This document shows positions 13,295 through 27,198 of a DNA stretch of 64,000 nt, piece after piece. Source of the DNA: Centroscyllium fabricii (Eukaryota). The position numbers were made by a program, and so were the translations under genes. The notes below the pieces were generated by a model. That model made no database searches. It was not told the DNA's origin and was given only the letters and a program-made list of their open reading frames with translations. The DNA is taken from NCBI GenBank assembly GCA_051313645.2, contig JBNRSN020000011.1, forward strand, positions 137,516,001 to 137,580,000, in the 5' to 3' direction. Every line of letters starts with the position of its first letter. Position 1 is the stretch's first letter.

Positions 13295-13641
13295 NNNNNN
13301 NNNNNNNNNNNNNNNNNNNNNNNNNNNNNNNNNNNNNNNNNNNNNNNNNNNNNNNNNNNNNNNNNNNNNNNNNNNNNNNNNNNNNNNNNNNNNNNNNNNN
13401 NNNNNNNNNNNNNNNNNNNNNNNNNNNNNNNNNNNNNNNNNNNNNNNNNNNNNNNNNNNNNNNNNNNNNNNNNNNNNNNNNNNNNNNNNNNNNNNNNNNN
13501 NNNNNNNNNNNNNNNNNNNNNNNNNNNNNNNNNNNNNNNNNNNNNNNNNNNNNNNNNNNNNNNNNNNNNNNNNNNNNNNNNNNNNNNNNNNNNNNNNNNN
13601 NNNNNNNNNNNNNNNNNNNNNNNNNNNNNNNNNNNNNNNNN
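13295..13641. other. Assembly gap
   Basis: Run of N. Confidence 1.
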
Positions 13642-14569
13642 AAATTAATAATTCACAAGGGTAAAAGTAATCAACTTCTTCGAAATTCTAGAAGAACCTG
13701 GAAAATACCCAGAAGTCGCTGAATGAGATAGGAGGCTGGTAGATCCGATCTCATACTGTTCCTGAACAATTTATCGCAAAGGTACGATTGCGTTTGAAGG
13801 TAAATGTACCCGACTTAGGGAGACCTTCAGAACTCCAGCTGGATTTACTCAAGGATCCATTCGGAAACTTTGTTGGGCGATTTCCTCCACGCCAATCCTC
13901 CACTATTCACAGCAACCCCTTTTCTTTAATAATCGGAACTGAGTTCAAGTGTTTTTGCAAATATTAAAAACCCACCGCAGCGCCAGAATAATTGTGCAGG
14001 GAAGTGAAGATGGGACTGAATCAGGAACCGAACATGATTTCAATCACTCTCTGCCGCCACAAAAGGACATCTGCACCCCACCAATCGCCTTTCACTCTCT
14101 CCTGTCAAAAGCGTGTCAGTGAAACACCAAGAGTGGGACTCCGAAGTGCATTACAGATCTGTCCCTAGAAAACGAGGCGTTTGGCGCGGTTATAAAATCT
14201 GACGCCGAAAAATAAACCTGGAACTATTGCCCTGTTAAAATGCGCATCCACAAGTTCTGTATCTTAAAATCTTGATTGTTAGGATCAATTTCAGAAGGTA
14301 TAATTAAATCCAATTCGAGGGCTTTTTTTTGAATATGAATCTTTTTTTCTTTCCAAAACTTGCCAACTCACCAGAGCGCTCACCTTCACAGAGCAGTGTA
14401 ACTAATGGAGACACTGGGAGCTGGGACCAGCTTATTTTTGGATGTCAGGTGGGACCTGTTTTGGTGAAGCTGCTCCCAATGAAGGGAATGAGTGTTGACC
14501 TTTAACAGAGAGAGGGACACCAAGGGACGCTTTAGAACGATTGGCATTCACTCGATGAGATATTTGAAA

Positions 14570-14830
14570 TGATCAGATTATGATTTTAAAAAAATAAGCA
14601 GAATCAATCTCCACTGCGTGCGCACTAGTTTGTTTGATAATCACATAAAATTAACAAGAAAAAATGAAAGAGAAAGAAGGAATTCAGATGGTGGGACCCA
14701 CCAGTAACCCACATTGTTACTATTAGACGAGCACAAATTAAACTTGGCAAGTAGGCAAACAGATCCGAGCTAGCAGCCTGTAAATACACCAAACAGCAGG
14801 AGAAATTCATTAATTTGCATACATTTATAC
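14570..14830. promoter_or_regulatory. Candidate enhancer with Sox, Fox and octamer motifs
   Basis: CATTGTT (~14711), TGTAAATA (~14779) and TTAATTTGCAT (~14810-14820). Confidence 0.35.
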
Positions 14831-15187
14831 ATAGATATACATAGAAACACACAGCTTCATCTATCTGGTTGTATATTCAAAGACAGAGAGAAAGCACAAC
14901 AGTTGTGTTAATTATATATATTTAATTTAAAAGACTAAATTCTGCACTTACCTTTCGAAAGCTCAGCCTTTCGCAGTGGCCCACTCCTAGTGTAAGAGCT
15001 CCTCAATAATAAGGCAGAATATGTAACACTTAGGACTCTGGATTGTTCAGTAAGACAGTTCTGTCTACAGACACCTCTTGTCTCTCTTTCTGTATCACTG
15101 CCTCCCTCCCTCTCTCTCTCTCTCTCAGTCTCTCTCACACTCCGTTCTTGCAGATTACATTGGAAAGTTACAGCCAATGACAGGGTA

Positions 15188-15203
15188 TGTTGCCATCTGC
15201 TGG
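15188..15203 (-). promoter_or_regulatory. CTCF-like motif
   Basis: Minus strand CCAGCAGATGGCAACA closely matches the CTCF core consensus. Confidence 0.45.
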
Positions 15204-16889
15204 GAAGTAGGCTGATGCAGGTTTTTAAAACAGAATCACTGGCGTGCTTCAGGAGCCAAGAGCAAGTCTGCAGGATTTCAATGGTCCTTCAATATGTCAA
15301 TCAAACCATGGCCTCTCGCTTTCCCTCACTTCTGCCCAAACTTCTTGTAAAACAACCTGCGTCACATTCCTATCGACACAGATCAAATCAGCTTCAAACA
15401 TTAAAACACAATAAGGAATTTCTAATACATTTTCCACAAGAAGGACCAATTCCCCCCTCCCCACAGGACAAAACAATGGGCAGTATTTAAGTGGGGAGCG
15501 CCTACTGTACATGCACATCACTTTGCTGTTAGTGAGAGCTGTACAGACAGTTTTTTGGTGCAGAGTTGACGAACTCAACCGTTGATTTTATTTGCTTTTC
15601 AGATTTGTCATGCTTTTCGCCGCAGAATGGACGGCTCTAACCCTCTGGATATTGCTAATAGAGCCCCGGGTCCTTCCCATACAATCTCTCCCAGCCCTGA
15701 CGGCTTAAAATGGGATTGGGGCAACACGACGCCATTCCACACACCAAAAAAACTGCCTTAAAATGACTACTGGTAAGAGGATTAAAACAATAATAGCCGT
15801 CTCTTCTTGATGTGTGTTAGATAGCGTCTCCTTCCCATAGTGCAGAAAAAAACTTTGCTCTAATACAGGGGTGGTTATACCTTTAATTAGTAACACTTAA
15901 GACATTTCTCTTCAAGATTGCTCTAAGAGATTTGTGCTAACAGATTGTGCCACTGCTTGTTGTCCTCGGATGCTCCTTCTATCTTGTTTCAAAATTTAGC
16001 TCGGCTTTCCTGTTCTTAACCAACTGCTCTGTTCAGCCTTAAAAAAAAAAATTATTTTGCATATTTCTCCAAATCCTTCTTTCAACTCTCCTTTTATTTT
16101 TCTTTCGCACCTTTTTTTTCACAGAGATCTCTTGTTTCCACGCTGCGGTTGCTGCTGTTGTTTGGAAGTGCCCGCTAAAAAACACTGGCTGCTTATATGT
16201 TTAAATTTCTGTCTAGCAGGCTCCCTTGTCTCATGCCAACTGCGGGTCTGCGGAATGAAAGGGGATTAACTTGTGAACTGCTGAAAGTAGGGACTTAAAT
16301 GGGCGCAAAATCTCTCAAATGAGTCATTGTGGGAGCCGTTCTAAAGCAATTAAAGCAAGAATAAATTCCTCTCAGCTTTTCCTTAAAGCCAGCTTTCAGT
16401 GGGGCTTAATGCAGACTAGCGTCCAGTCCATCAGAAGATTTCAAGTAAAATATTAAGAAGGTTGGTTTCTCTATAGCATTCCCTCCGTCCCTTCCACCGC
16501 CTCTCTTCATATTTTATTTGGCGAGTTCACCAAAAACTTGCCTGACATCTTTTACAAACTTATCCCATTCTTTCTTTTTATGGCTCATCTGTTCCCTTTT
16601 CTAGCTTCACGCCCGGCCTTATTTGCCTTCCTCCCTCTGGTAAAACACAGAATAACGAAGGGACATTGTTAGCGGGCCCTCAACAAGGACTCCGGTGCCA
16701 TCCATGTTATTTTTTCTCAAGGATGTGCAATCATATTTAAGACGGGCAGACAATAAAGACCCATAAAAAAAAGCTTCGCAATGACTCCGAGACTCCTCAG
16801 AGTTACAGACACGCCAACACACTGCTAACCCTGCCCCCCCCCACCCCCCACCCCACCTCCCCCCAAACAACTTAACATCTGAAAGTAGA

Positions 16890-17230
16890 AAAGGGAAGCT
16901 ATTGGCGGCTGTCAGCTAATTAATAGATCTAATCACTTTTACTTTATGAATACATTATATTTGCAGCCTCTTGCTCTTTTCTGCTTCTCCCCTTTGCATC
17001 CAACCCGTCCAAGGGTACCCAACAGCTGCTCATTTAAAGGCAATTAATCATTTTGATGTATCGTTTAAAATTGACTGGTTCCTAGGGACCTCTTCTGACA
17101 AGAATAACAAAGCAATTTGCCAGCAGCCATCTCCACGACATGTTATTAGCGCCGGCTTGGTCTGAGCAGGGCTGTGGGAGAATTAGGCAGCAGGCTGTGT
17201 GAATAGACCTACCTGTTAGCGAGAATCTCC
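16890..17230. promoter_or_regulatory. Candidate conserved non-coding enhancer
   Basis: CTGTCA (Meis/TGIF) next to TAATTAAT, plus CAATTAATCATTTTGATG and AACAAAG (Sox). Unique sequence. Confidence 0.45.
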
Positions 17231-18074
17231 TCTCCTACACCTGTACTTCACACACCCACCAAAGGAAAATCGTTTTATTGATGACAAGAGCCGCCGATTC
17301 TCCTTCTAATCTCGCTTAAGAAAGTTTTAGGTGACTGGAATGTCATTTTCTTTCATTTTTTTTTTACAACTGCCCAAAGAAGGAGTTTAAGGTGATTTGA
17401 ATGTCACAAAGGGGATGGTGTTCTACATTACCGAGTGCTCATTCACTTTAAGTGTTCCAGTAATTAATTCTTTTTAGCATTGTTTTATTCGTCGACTTTA
17501 AACCCGAATACTTTTAATCCAAAATAATGATCAAAAAACAACATCAAAACAATGCGCCAAATCCTTGCACATATATTAATAACTGATGGTTCTAATTTAC
17601 GACTGAATTTCAAATTCCTGAAGATGCTATCAAGTCTCAGTAGTTGCAGAGAGTGTCGCAATCCGCCCAGCTCTGCTCCGACACTTTCAGCAGCATTTGC
17701 AGCAAAATAGCAGGAAAGATCATTTCTAATTTCAGTGGAAAAGTTTACAGCGAGAAGGAGTCCACTCAACGTGTTGTAGTCAAATTACGGAATGTATGTG
17801 TGGGAATGGTCTCGGAATAAAATATTTGATCAATAGCGTTGAACCGTTTCAAAATTCGCTGCAATAGATGTCATTTTCTGCAGACGTGTTTTCCCTACAT
17901 TACCATTATTTTAAGTATAATAAATTATTAATCATACCTGAACCTAAGACGGCCGGTATTTGCTTACTCGCTAAACGAAAAGGGGTTCCTTGTCTAGATA
18001 TTAATTCAATTTCAATTCAATTTTCAATTTAAAAAACTTTATTGGCATACCTGAACCTAAGAATTCGTAAAACT

Positions 18075-18190
18075 ATCTTTATTTCTTTCATTCTTTCTTT
18101 CTCATTATTTATTTTTTCTCTCTCTCTTTCTCTTTCCTTCTCTATTTTCCTTTTCTTTCTCTTCTTTCTTTCTTTCTCTCTTTCTTATCT
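18075..18190. repeat. Polypyrimidine low-complexity tract
   Basis: (CT/CTTT)-rich run. Confidence 0.9.
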
Positions 18191-21100
18191 AAGTCTTCGC
18201 CTTGACTTGTGCCGATGTATAATTCCTTCTGCTGGGTAATTGGCATTTTAAACTTCATTGCTGCAGTAAAACAAAACACAGCTTCTAAGCAAATATTGAT
18301 TACTTTTATTGCCACTTCAGTCTAACAAAACGTCGAACAACTTTCTCCACACCTCTAGTTTACCATGTGTAATTGAATGAGGGCATTGCAGCAGCATATC
18401 AATAAAAACTGCCCCTCCCACACAAGATTATCAATTAAAATATACAGGAGATGGCACTTTTGATCATTACCCTCAATAGTATAATAACCAATCTGTGTTT
18501 ACAGAGATAAACATATCTTTGGAAAAAGGTTCCATTCACGCCTGACTTGTAACATCAGGGCGCACGTTTGCATAACCTGCCCAAACCTAACTCCGTTTTC
18601 ATTCCAATATGAACTTTATTCTACACTTTGAAACGTTTCTCTCGATAAATTGACAGCGATGCATAGAAATATAGATGGCCATATAATTCTTTAAAGGACC
18701 AAACTTGCAAGCAGCACTTTGGGCAGATACACAGTGAGTCAGGACACACAGATCGCCCTGGTGTGTGCAGATCTGTTGGTGTCCGGCTTGTCTTTCTCTG
18801 TTCCGTCTGCTTCGACCTCGTGTACACCGAACTTCGCCGTACACTCAGGGTACCAGATCATTTGAATTAATTTCAATCACACAGAAACTATTACCTATCG
18901 CGAGGGCCTTATCTGTGAAGGCTGCAGGGCTTGTAAAAGAAAAGCACCAGCCGATTTCTTCAATAGAATTTTATAAACGTTCTGGATTAAGGTTACATAT
19001 ACAGAGAACGTTCCTGTACATATTACTGTTGGAATCCTCTTTAAAAGTTTGGGAACGAGTTTGTTTGATTCCAAGTCACATGGAGGGAAATTCACACGGC
19101 AGGGTTCAGCAGGTTCTGTAGTTAGGAAGTACTTGGCGTACACTAGGGAAATTAGAATGGACGCTCTCTATAAACGGTAAGTACAAAAGTTGAAAGATTT
19201 CATGATTTAAAATTGGGCCTCAAGAAAAGCGGAATCAATTTTGATTAAATATTGGCGAAAGTGCTCCTACATACACAAAACAGGCCAGTTTCTGGTTGAC
19301 TGACTGTTGGATGTCCTCCGGTTTACTTTTCGCTGGTCATGGACGCGTTCCTAAAGAGAGCAATTCCGACAACCTGATGATCTGAGAGGCGCAGTCTTCG
19401 GGCAGAGCTTTCTACTTGACCAATTGCATTTCGCCCTCTTCCGTTCCCGTTACTGTCGCAGTTAGTGTTCGAATTTATAAAGAACAACTACAACTAAAAA
19501 CTAAATAAATCAAATCCATTGTGTTGATCCCAAGAAGACGTTTTTAAAGCACACCTATTATCCGAAGCACAGTAGATACAATTATCTCGGATAGTTTTTT
19601 TTACGGGAAGCAATTGGACGTTTAAACACATTCGGATATAAGTGAGTTACAGACTTATTTTAACCCTCTCTCCTTCCACTTTCACTTCTCTGACGGATCA
19701 CTTACACGCGGCAAAAATTCTCTGCCTCACTGAATAGCTGTAGGATTTTAATAAGGCAGGTCCAGGACCGACCGCAGATCTGCATTTGACTTATCTTTGG
19801 GCTTGCATATCCTCTACTAAACTACTTATAAAGACGTAATTATTTGCTTGAAAGTGCCACATAGGCGCAGGGAGGTGTTCTGTCAATCTGTCTTCCCCAA
19901 ATCCAAACATATGCCTATTACATTGTAAGCGTTTCATTTAAGTTGTTTGGTTCCCAGTAATTTTATAAAACAAGAAACGATTATAATTTTCTAAAATCAT
20001 TTCAATTATTTTCAAAATATGAAACTTAATCTGAATAGAGGTGAAGGAGACGACAGAATCCTACATGTAAGTTGGAGCCTCCACCAATGCCATAATTCGA
20101 TTTATTAAATATATTTACAATTATGAAAAAGTGACTCTCAGAATGAATAAAAATTTACTTCATATCTATAGGAACAAGCAGCTTGTCATCCCGATCAGTC
20201 GAAACATTTAAAGTGTTTCTCTGGGAGTTGGGCCAGTGAACACTGGGTTATTCAATCCTATTGGCGGGTTCTCTGGGTAGCTTTTCTAACCTGCACAGAT
20301 TACAGACACATTCTAATTTAAACGATGGAAATAACATGTTCTGGCGAACTTCTGGGGTATTCAGCATTCTGGGGCTCTGTGTGAGTGTGTGTGCATTTGT
20401 CAGTGCGTGTCTCAGTGCCAGTGTGTGTATGTTGTGTTTGGGTATAGTTGTGTTTTAGTGCATGCATCCAATCCCCCTCTCTCTCTCTCCCTGTTTCTGT
20501 ACCTTTTTTTGGACAGAGGGGAGTGTATTTTGAAACAATTGCGTTTGGTGTTAATCGCCAATTGTAAGAAGAATTTAAATCTTTACTTGATCGAGTGAGA
20601 CAGATTCATACCTCGGTGTCATACAGTTACAGGGCATTAATATCCACAAGTGAAAACAGAACCTTGTTTGCAGTATTTCTGTGATATCCGTGAGTTCTTC
20701 GTGGGGATAGGGGGCAAGCAAATAATTTATATCGACCCACCCATACACACAAACCCGCTATCATGATATCTATCGTATCCTGTCACACTTTTAATACATT
20801 TGAAGAGCTGAAGTTTAGAAAGAGGAACAAAACTCTGAAACGTGAAGATAATATATAGAATATATTACTGAAGCATTGGTTTGATGTGACCGGTATATGA
20901 TATGCTTAAAATGTCAAATGAAAATAAAATATTCAATGTTATTAGCCTAGTATTTGAATATATGTGTCAGTGTATAGTATCACAATAGCCGTGTGCTTTC
21001 GAACTAGGCGACTTTAATTACATTATTTGGAAGCCCCCTCACACTCACACATATACAAACTGCTTTAAATGGAAAACGTGATCGCCAAAAATACGTGGAT

Positions 21101-21930
21101 ACAAATAAAGGTTCCTGTTCCTTTGATACAGTATTAGGGAGCACTATCCTTGACATACTTTGACTCTACAAAAAAAAATCCTCAAGATCTTAACGGTTTA
21201 AGGAACCATGTGAAGGGCCTCGTCACATAACTCTGCGTTTTTTAAAAACTTGACTATGGAGAAGAGAAAAAAAAATCCATATTGCTGGCCACTGGATCTG
21301 GCGGCAGTCGAATTTACATGCGGATTTGTGGCCAGGAGCAACCTAGGCAAGCCTCCCATATCCGTGGATTTGCACCTATCTGCCTCAGAGCAGCACAAGG
21401 AAGGTCTTTGTAAAACCCTAATCCTGAAGCAACACAGCTTTACCAACACGAAGGGATAAAAGGACGATAAAACCACAACGTTATGGTGGCAAATCTTCTC
21501 TAATCCTTCGATTTAGCAAAACAAAGCCTCTTGCTATAATCCGGTATTGCTTTAAAAAGCTCAGATTTTGTTTTGGTAAGAAGATGATCCAAACGACTAA
21601 TTTTCTGAGAGACTAACGGACTCTGACAGCCTTAAAAAGACAAAAAAAAAGAGAAAAAATAAATGCAAACCTCATTCTTTTGCTGGGTTTTTGAATTCAG
21701 CTTTTTGGAACCCCGCAACAGGGAAATATCAACTTGTCAGCAAAGTGCGGCAAAGGAGTTTAAATTCCGTCACTAGAAAAAAGCTCCTTCTTCCGCCCCC
21801 CAAACTGAGCGCCGAGTGGCTCTGAACCCTTTTGATCATTTTTAAAGCATTTTAAAAACTGTAACAAATTACTCCCAAGAAACGCCAGAAAAAAAATCAA
21901 TTATCTAAATGAAAGGGGTTAAGGCTGTGA

Positions 21931-22334
21931 ACATAGAAACATAGAAACTAGGAGCAGGAGTAGGCCATTCGGCCCTTCAAGCCTGCTCCGCCATTCAATG
22001 AGATCATGGCTGATCATCCAAACCCAGGAGCCCGCCCCTACCCTCTCCCCATATCCCTCGATCCCTATCGAGCCTCCATCGACACATATCCCACCCTATC
22101 CCCGTAACCCCACATATTCAATCCCCCTGACACTAAGGGTCAATTTATCCTGGCCAATCAACCTAACCCGCACATCTTTGGACTGTGGGAGGAAACCGGA
22201 GCACCCGGAGGAAACCCACGCAGACACGGGGAGAATGTGCAAACTCCACACAGATAGTACCCGAGGCTGGATTTGAACTCGGGTCTCTAGTGCTGTAAGG
22301 CAACAGTGCTAACCACTGTGCCACCGCGCCGCCC
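21931..22334 (-). mobile_element. V-SINE, full length
   Basis: Near-identical to 271-654. Confidence 0.9.
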
Positions 22335-22539
22335 TACGAACAAAGAGGAATGATATAAATAGTAATTTGATCTTTTCATTGCAGGTGCGAAGTTACACAT
22401 TTATAGAAATGTATAAAATTCCAGGTACTGTGGCGTTTGTAATACCAACACATGTGGGTGCACTGTACCCGTCCGTGTTCTGTGTCTACCGCAGCAATGC
22501 GTTTCTCCGTGTGTACAGTACTGTAAATATGCAAATTGA

Positions 22540-23340
22540 ATTGATGTTTCTATATATGTATAGAATATGCACATGCATATATGCCTGTCCTATATTTATG
22601 TATGCGCTCTATATTCATGCATGCGGGCATGCACAGTATATATATGTGTGCATACTGTGTGCTCGGGTACATTGCATGCACCTGGTATATGTCGACTGCA
22701 TGAGTGTACTACTTGTGCAGTATACTCCATTTGTATAAGGTTTTCTGTCTGCTCACCAATCTGGATACATATGCTTATACATATATTTCTGCATAGTGCA
22801 TATATGCATTTATAGATGGATAAAGCGAAGTGTGTAAGCGTCTATAATATGCATCTCTGCATGGGCCAAGAACATGTTAGAAAATCAAATATCTAGTGCT
22901 GCAGCTTGACTAATTAACATTGTTTTAAACATCAGTTTGGAATTGTTTGTAAAGCAATTGGAAAGTTAACGCGCATAAGTACTACCATCAAAATGCAATA
23001 ACTGCGCGGCTCAGTGCAAATCTTCAAATGCCTCCCATAAACACCCAGGTACAACCTATTCAGACACACATACACAGGCACCAGCACACATAGACACACT
23101 CATATAGAAAAAACATGCTTACATACAGAGATAACACCACACAAGCACACACACATACACAGAACATGCTCACATACACACAGGCATCAACACACATGTG
23201 TAGTATATACGTGCAGCACATATATGTACATATATGGATCCCAACACATAAATATATAAGCAGCAAACCCAGCGCACAGACAACACAAGCACGCACACAT
23301 ATAGACACCTCCAAAAGCACAGAAACAGACGGACATACAC
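22540..23340. repeat. Degenerate (TA/TG)n and (CA)n low-complexity tracts
   Basis: Alternating purine-pyrimidine runs at ~22540-22810 and ~23060-23340. Confidence 0.8.
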
Positions 23341-24128
23341 CTTGTTTATTAGATTGCAATGGAGAGTTAACACAATCTATAACACGTCCGATAAGTTGCG
23401 CGTAATCAATAGAAATCGTGAAGAAATTATGAAATAAAGATGAATATAAAAGAACAGAGTTGTTAACAGAAATGTCAGTACTAATTATACAGATAATATC
23501 ATCATTTTGAGCAGAACATTAAATTGTTGATGCACCGTGGTATATTATTTTAACTTTTTTATTTTCGTGATTGATTTTTTACAACCATGCACGTTTATTA
23601 GCCGAGTCTTTGTATTTTACACAGGTATGCTGCACAGTTTATATTAGTTTTAAACGTGGGAACTTTCAAGCATTACTCATTTGGATTGTTGGAAACTTGA
23701 TACTGCGGAGATTAACAATTGCCGTGTGGTTCACTTTCATCCCTATTGTGGCCCAAATGCAGTCCAGAGAAAGACAGAACGGATATTCACACATGTACAA
23801 AGTACATTTTACTGAGCACATCGCACCGCTCTCGTTTGGCCAAATCCCCACTGTGCCTTTTGACAGGAGCACCGACAATTCCTAAAGGTCCTGCTTACTG
23901 GACATGAGAGCGGGCTGTCGGGCTCTCCTGTGCTCAGGAAGGTTTTTTTTCATCAGGACACTGTGGACATATTGGGACCCTTTCAGAATCCGCTTGCTTA
24001 AAACACTGAAACTAAGAGCCGTCTTTTTTGTTTTCTTCCCAATGTTTTTTTCCCGTTTCTTTTTTTCTTTCTTTCTGTCCTCTCTTTCTCCTTCCCGTTA
24101 TCCTTTTCTCTTTCTCCATTGCCCTTTC

Positions 24129-24506
24129 ATAGAAACATAGAAGATAGGAGCAGGAGTAGGCCATTCGGCCCTTCAAGGCTGCTCCGCCATTCAATGGGAT
24201 CATGGCTGATCATCCAAACCCAGGACCCTGTCCCTGTCCCTGCCCCCTCCCCATATCCCTCGATCCCTATCGAGCCTGCATCGACACCCTATCCCCGTAA
24301 CCCCACATATTTAATCCCCCTAACACTAAGGGTCAATTTATCCTGGCCAATCAACCTAACCCGCACATCTTTGGACTGTGGGAGGAAACCGGAGCACCCG
24401 GAGGAAACCCACGCAGACACGGGGAGAATGTGCAAACTCCACACAGATAGTCACCCGAGGCCGGATTTGAGACAGCCGTGCTAACCACTGTGCCACCGTG
24501 CCGCCC
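24129..24506 (-). mobile_element. V-SINE with small internal deletions
   Basis: Same family; GCCCTTTC duplicated at 24121 and 24503. Confidence 0.9.
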
Positions 24507-25159
24507 TTTCTTTACCTATTGCTTTCTGACTTTGCCTATATTCATCTCTCTCTATTCTTGCTTCTCTTTCCTGTTTATTTTTCTCTTTCTATTTCGTTTT
24601 TTAAAAATTCTTCCCTCTCTCCATTCGACACCCATTCCTTTAGAAGATGTTTATACATGCCGCTTTCATTTCTAACAGCGAGTCTGCTTAAACTCCCCCA
24701 CAGCTGACGATATCACCCGGAAGAAGCAGGAACAAAACCGGCTTCAGGAATGTCTGGGAATTTAAGCATAATTTCCAAGAACCAACAAAAGAAAGTTAAA
24801 ACCTTTCATTTCAGCCGCCGGAGCTCATCAAAACTTTAGGTGAACTTTATTTACTTAACATGAATTTAGTTTGTGTTATACTTACTTCGCCAAATTAGTT
24901 CGAGTGCAGATGACACTAAAGAAAAAAATGGATTTCTTTCCCCATAAACCCTAATCCGTTAAAAAGTTATTCATTGTGCCGATTCTTATTCTGAGACGAT
25001 TCCTTAAACAATGAGCAATGGCAGGTCTTCAAGGTGGAGCTAGTTCGGGTGCAAACCAAGCCTATTCCCATAAGGCGGAGGTGCCGGTGTTGGACTGGGG
25101 TGCACAAATGCAAGAAGTCACACAACACCGGGTTATAGTCCAACAATTGTATTTGAAAT

Positions 25160-25194
25160 CACAAGCTTTCGGAGCACTGCTCCTTCCTCAGGTG
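25160..25194 (-). ncRNA. Minimal hammerhead ribozyme
   Basis: CAC-CTGAGGA-A-GGAGC-AGT-GCTCC-GAAA-GC-TT-GTG; CUGANGA core intact. Confidence 0.72.
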
Positions 25195-25213
25195 TTTTTC
25201 TATAACCTGGTGT

Positions 25214-25615
25214 TAGAAACATAGAAGCTAGGAGCAGGAGTAGGCCATTCGGCCCTTCGAGCCTGCTCCACCATTCAATGAGATCATGGCTGATCATCCA
25301 ATCCCAGCACCCTGCCCCTGCCTTGTCCCCACATCCCTCGATCCCTATCGAGCCTGCACCGACACATATCCACCCTATCGCCGTAACCCCACATATTTAA
25401 TCCCCCTAACACTAAGGGTCAATTTATCCTGGCCAATCAACCTAACCCGCACATCTTTGGACTGTGGGAGGAAACCGGAGCACCCGGAGGAAACCCACGC
25501 AGACACGGGGAGAATGTGCAAACTCCACACAGATAGTCACCCGAGGCTGGATTTGAACCCGGGTCTCCAGTGCTGCAAGGCAACAGTGCTAACCACTATG
25601 CCACCGTGCCGCCCT
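25214..25615 (-). mobile_element. V-SINE, full length
   Basis: Same family; short GTGT(T) duplication at the ends. Confidence 0.9.
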
Positions 25616-25638
25616 CGTGTTGTGTGACTTCTTGCATT

Positions 25639-25888
25639 ATAGAAACATAGAAACATAGAAACATAGAAGATAGGAGCAGGAGCAGGCCATTCGGCCCTTC
25701 GAGCCTGCTCCGCCATTCAATGAGATCATGGCTGATCATCCAAACCCAGTACCCCGCCCCTGCCTTGTCCACACATCCCTATCGAGCCTGCACCGACACA
25801 CATCCCACCCTATCCCCGTAACCCCACATATTCAATCCCCCTAACACTAAGGGTCAATTTATCATGGCCAATCAACCAACCCGCACAT
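25639..25888 (-). mobile_element. V-SINE, 5'-truncated
   Basis: Tail and 3' half only; stops at CCGCACAT. Confidence 0.9.
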
Positions 25889-27198
25889 TCCCATAAGGAG
25901 GAAGGTTGGGGCTGCCTGGATGACAAAGGAAATAGTGATTAAAATAAAACAGAAAAAGGTTTATGACAAAGATACTGAATGAGTACTTTGCACCTGTCTT
26001 CACAAAAGAAGAGGACAAAGCTAATGTTGCAGTGGAGGAGGGGGAGTAGAGGTTTTAGCTAGGTTACAAATATACAGAAAAGAGGTGCTAAACAGGTTGG
26101 CATCACTCAAAGTTAACAAGTCACCACATAGGATGCATCCCAGGTTGCTGAGGGAAGCTAGGGTGGAGATAGCAGAAGCTCTGACCACAATCTTTCAATC
26201 CTCCTTTACTATAGAACTGATGCCAGAGGACTGGAGGATTGCAAATGTTACACCCCTGTTCAAAAACGGGAGGAGGGATAAACTTGGTAACTACAGGCCA
26301 CTCGGTCTAACATCAGTGGTGGGAAAACTTGCCGAGGACAACATTACTTCTCACTTGGAGAAGCATTGGTTGATGAGGGACAGCCAGCAAGGATTTATTG
26401 AAAGCAAATTACGTCTAACTAATCTGATAGAGTTCTTTGATGAAGTATCAGAGAGGACTGATGAAGGTACTGCAGTAGATGTTGTATATATTGACTTTTA
26501 AAATGCATTTGAAAAAGTAACACAAAGCAGACTTATTCAAAAAATAGAAGCATGCAGTATTAAAATGGATGGTGGCAACTTGGAAGGTGTCAGGGCAAGT
26601 TGATAAGGCAGTTAATAATATGTATGGGATACTTGGCTTTGTAAATAGGGCCATTGAATACAAAAATAAGGAAGTCATGCTAAACCTTTACAAATCACTG
26701 TTTAGGCCTCAGCTGGTGTTCTGGGCACCACACTTTAGGAAAGATGTCAAGGCCTTGGAAAGGGTACTGAGGAGGTTTACCAGGATGACACCAGGGATGA
26801 GGGACTTCAGTTTTGTGGAGAGATTGAAGTAGTTGGGATCATTCTACTTAGAGCAGAAAAGGCTAAGGGTAAGAGAGGTATTCAGAATTATGAGGGTTTT
26901 TGGAAGATCAAGTAGGGAGAAATTGTTTCTTCTGGCAAGTGGGTCAGTAACCAGAGGTCATAGATTTCAAATAATTGGCAAAAGAACTAGAGAGGAAATG
27001 AGGAGAATTTTTTTCCAGAGAGTGTTGCTAGGACCTGGAACGCATTACCTGAAAGGGTGGTGGAATCCAGTTCCATAGGAACTTTCAATAGGCAATTGGA
27101 CAAGTACTTGAAGAGGCCTAATTTGCAGGGTTATGGAGAAAAAGCTGGGGTGTGGGGCTAAATTGGACAACTCTTTTAAAGAGCTGGCACAGGCATGA

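Larger units (their letters stand above)
25076..25636. mobile_element. PLE pseudo-LTR insertion with inverted structure (V-SINE inside)
   Basis: ATGCAAGAAGTCACACAACAC...TATAG is mirrored by CTATAACCTGGTGT / GTGTTGTGTGACTTCTTGCAT. 12 bp duplication ATTCCCATAAGG at 25064-25075 and 25887-25898. Confidence 0.75.

Noticed and set aside
13283-13648. 121 aa ORF
   Set aside because: Artefact of the N gap.
17933-18062. 17 bp direct repeat CATACCTGAACCTAAGA
   Set aside because: Most simply a duplication accompanying a tiny (AATTC)n-tailed retro-insertion.
22367-23405. Overlapping C/V/Y/M- and T/H-rich ORFs
   Set aside because: Translations of degenerate dinucleotide repeats.
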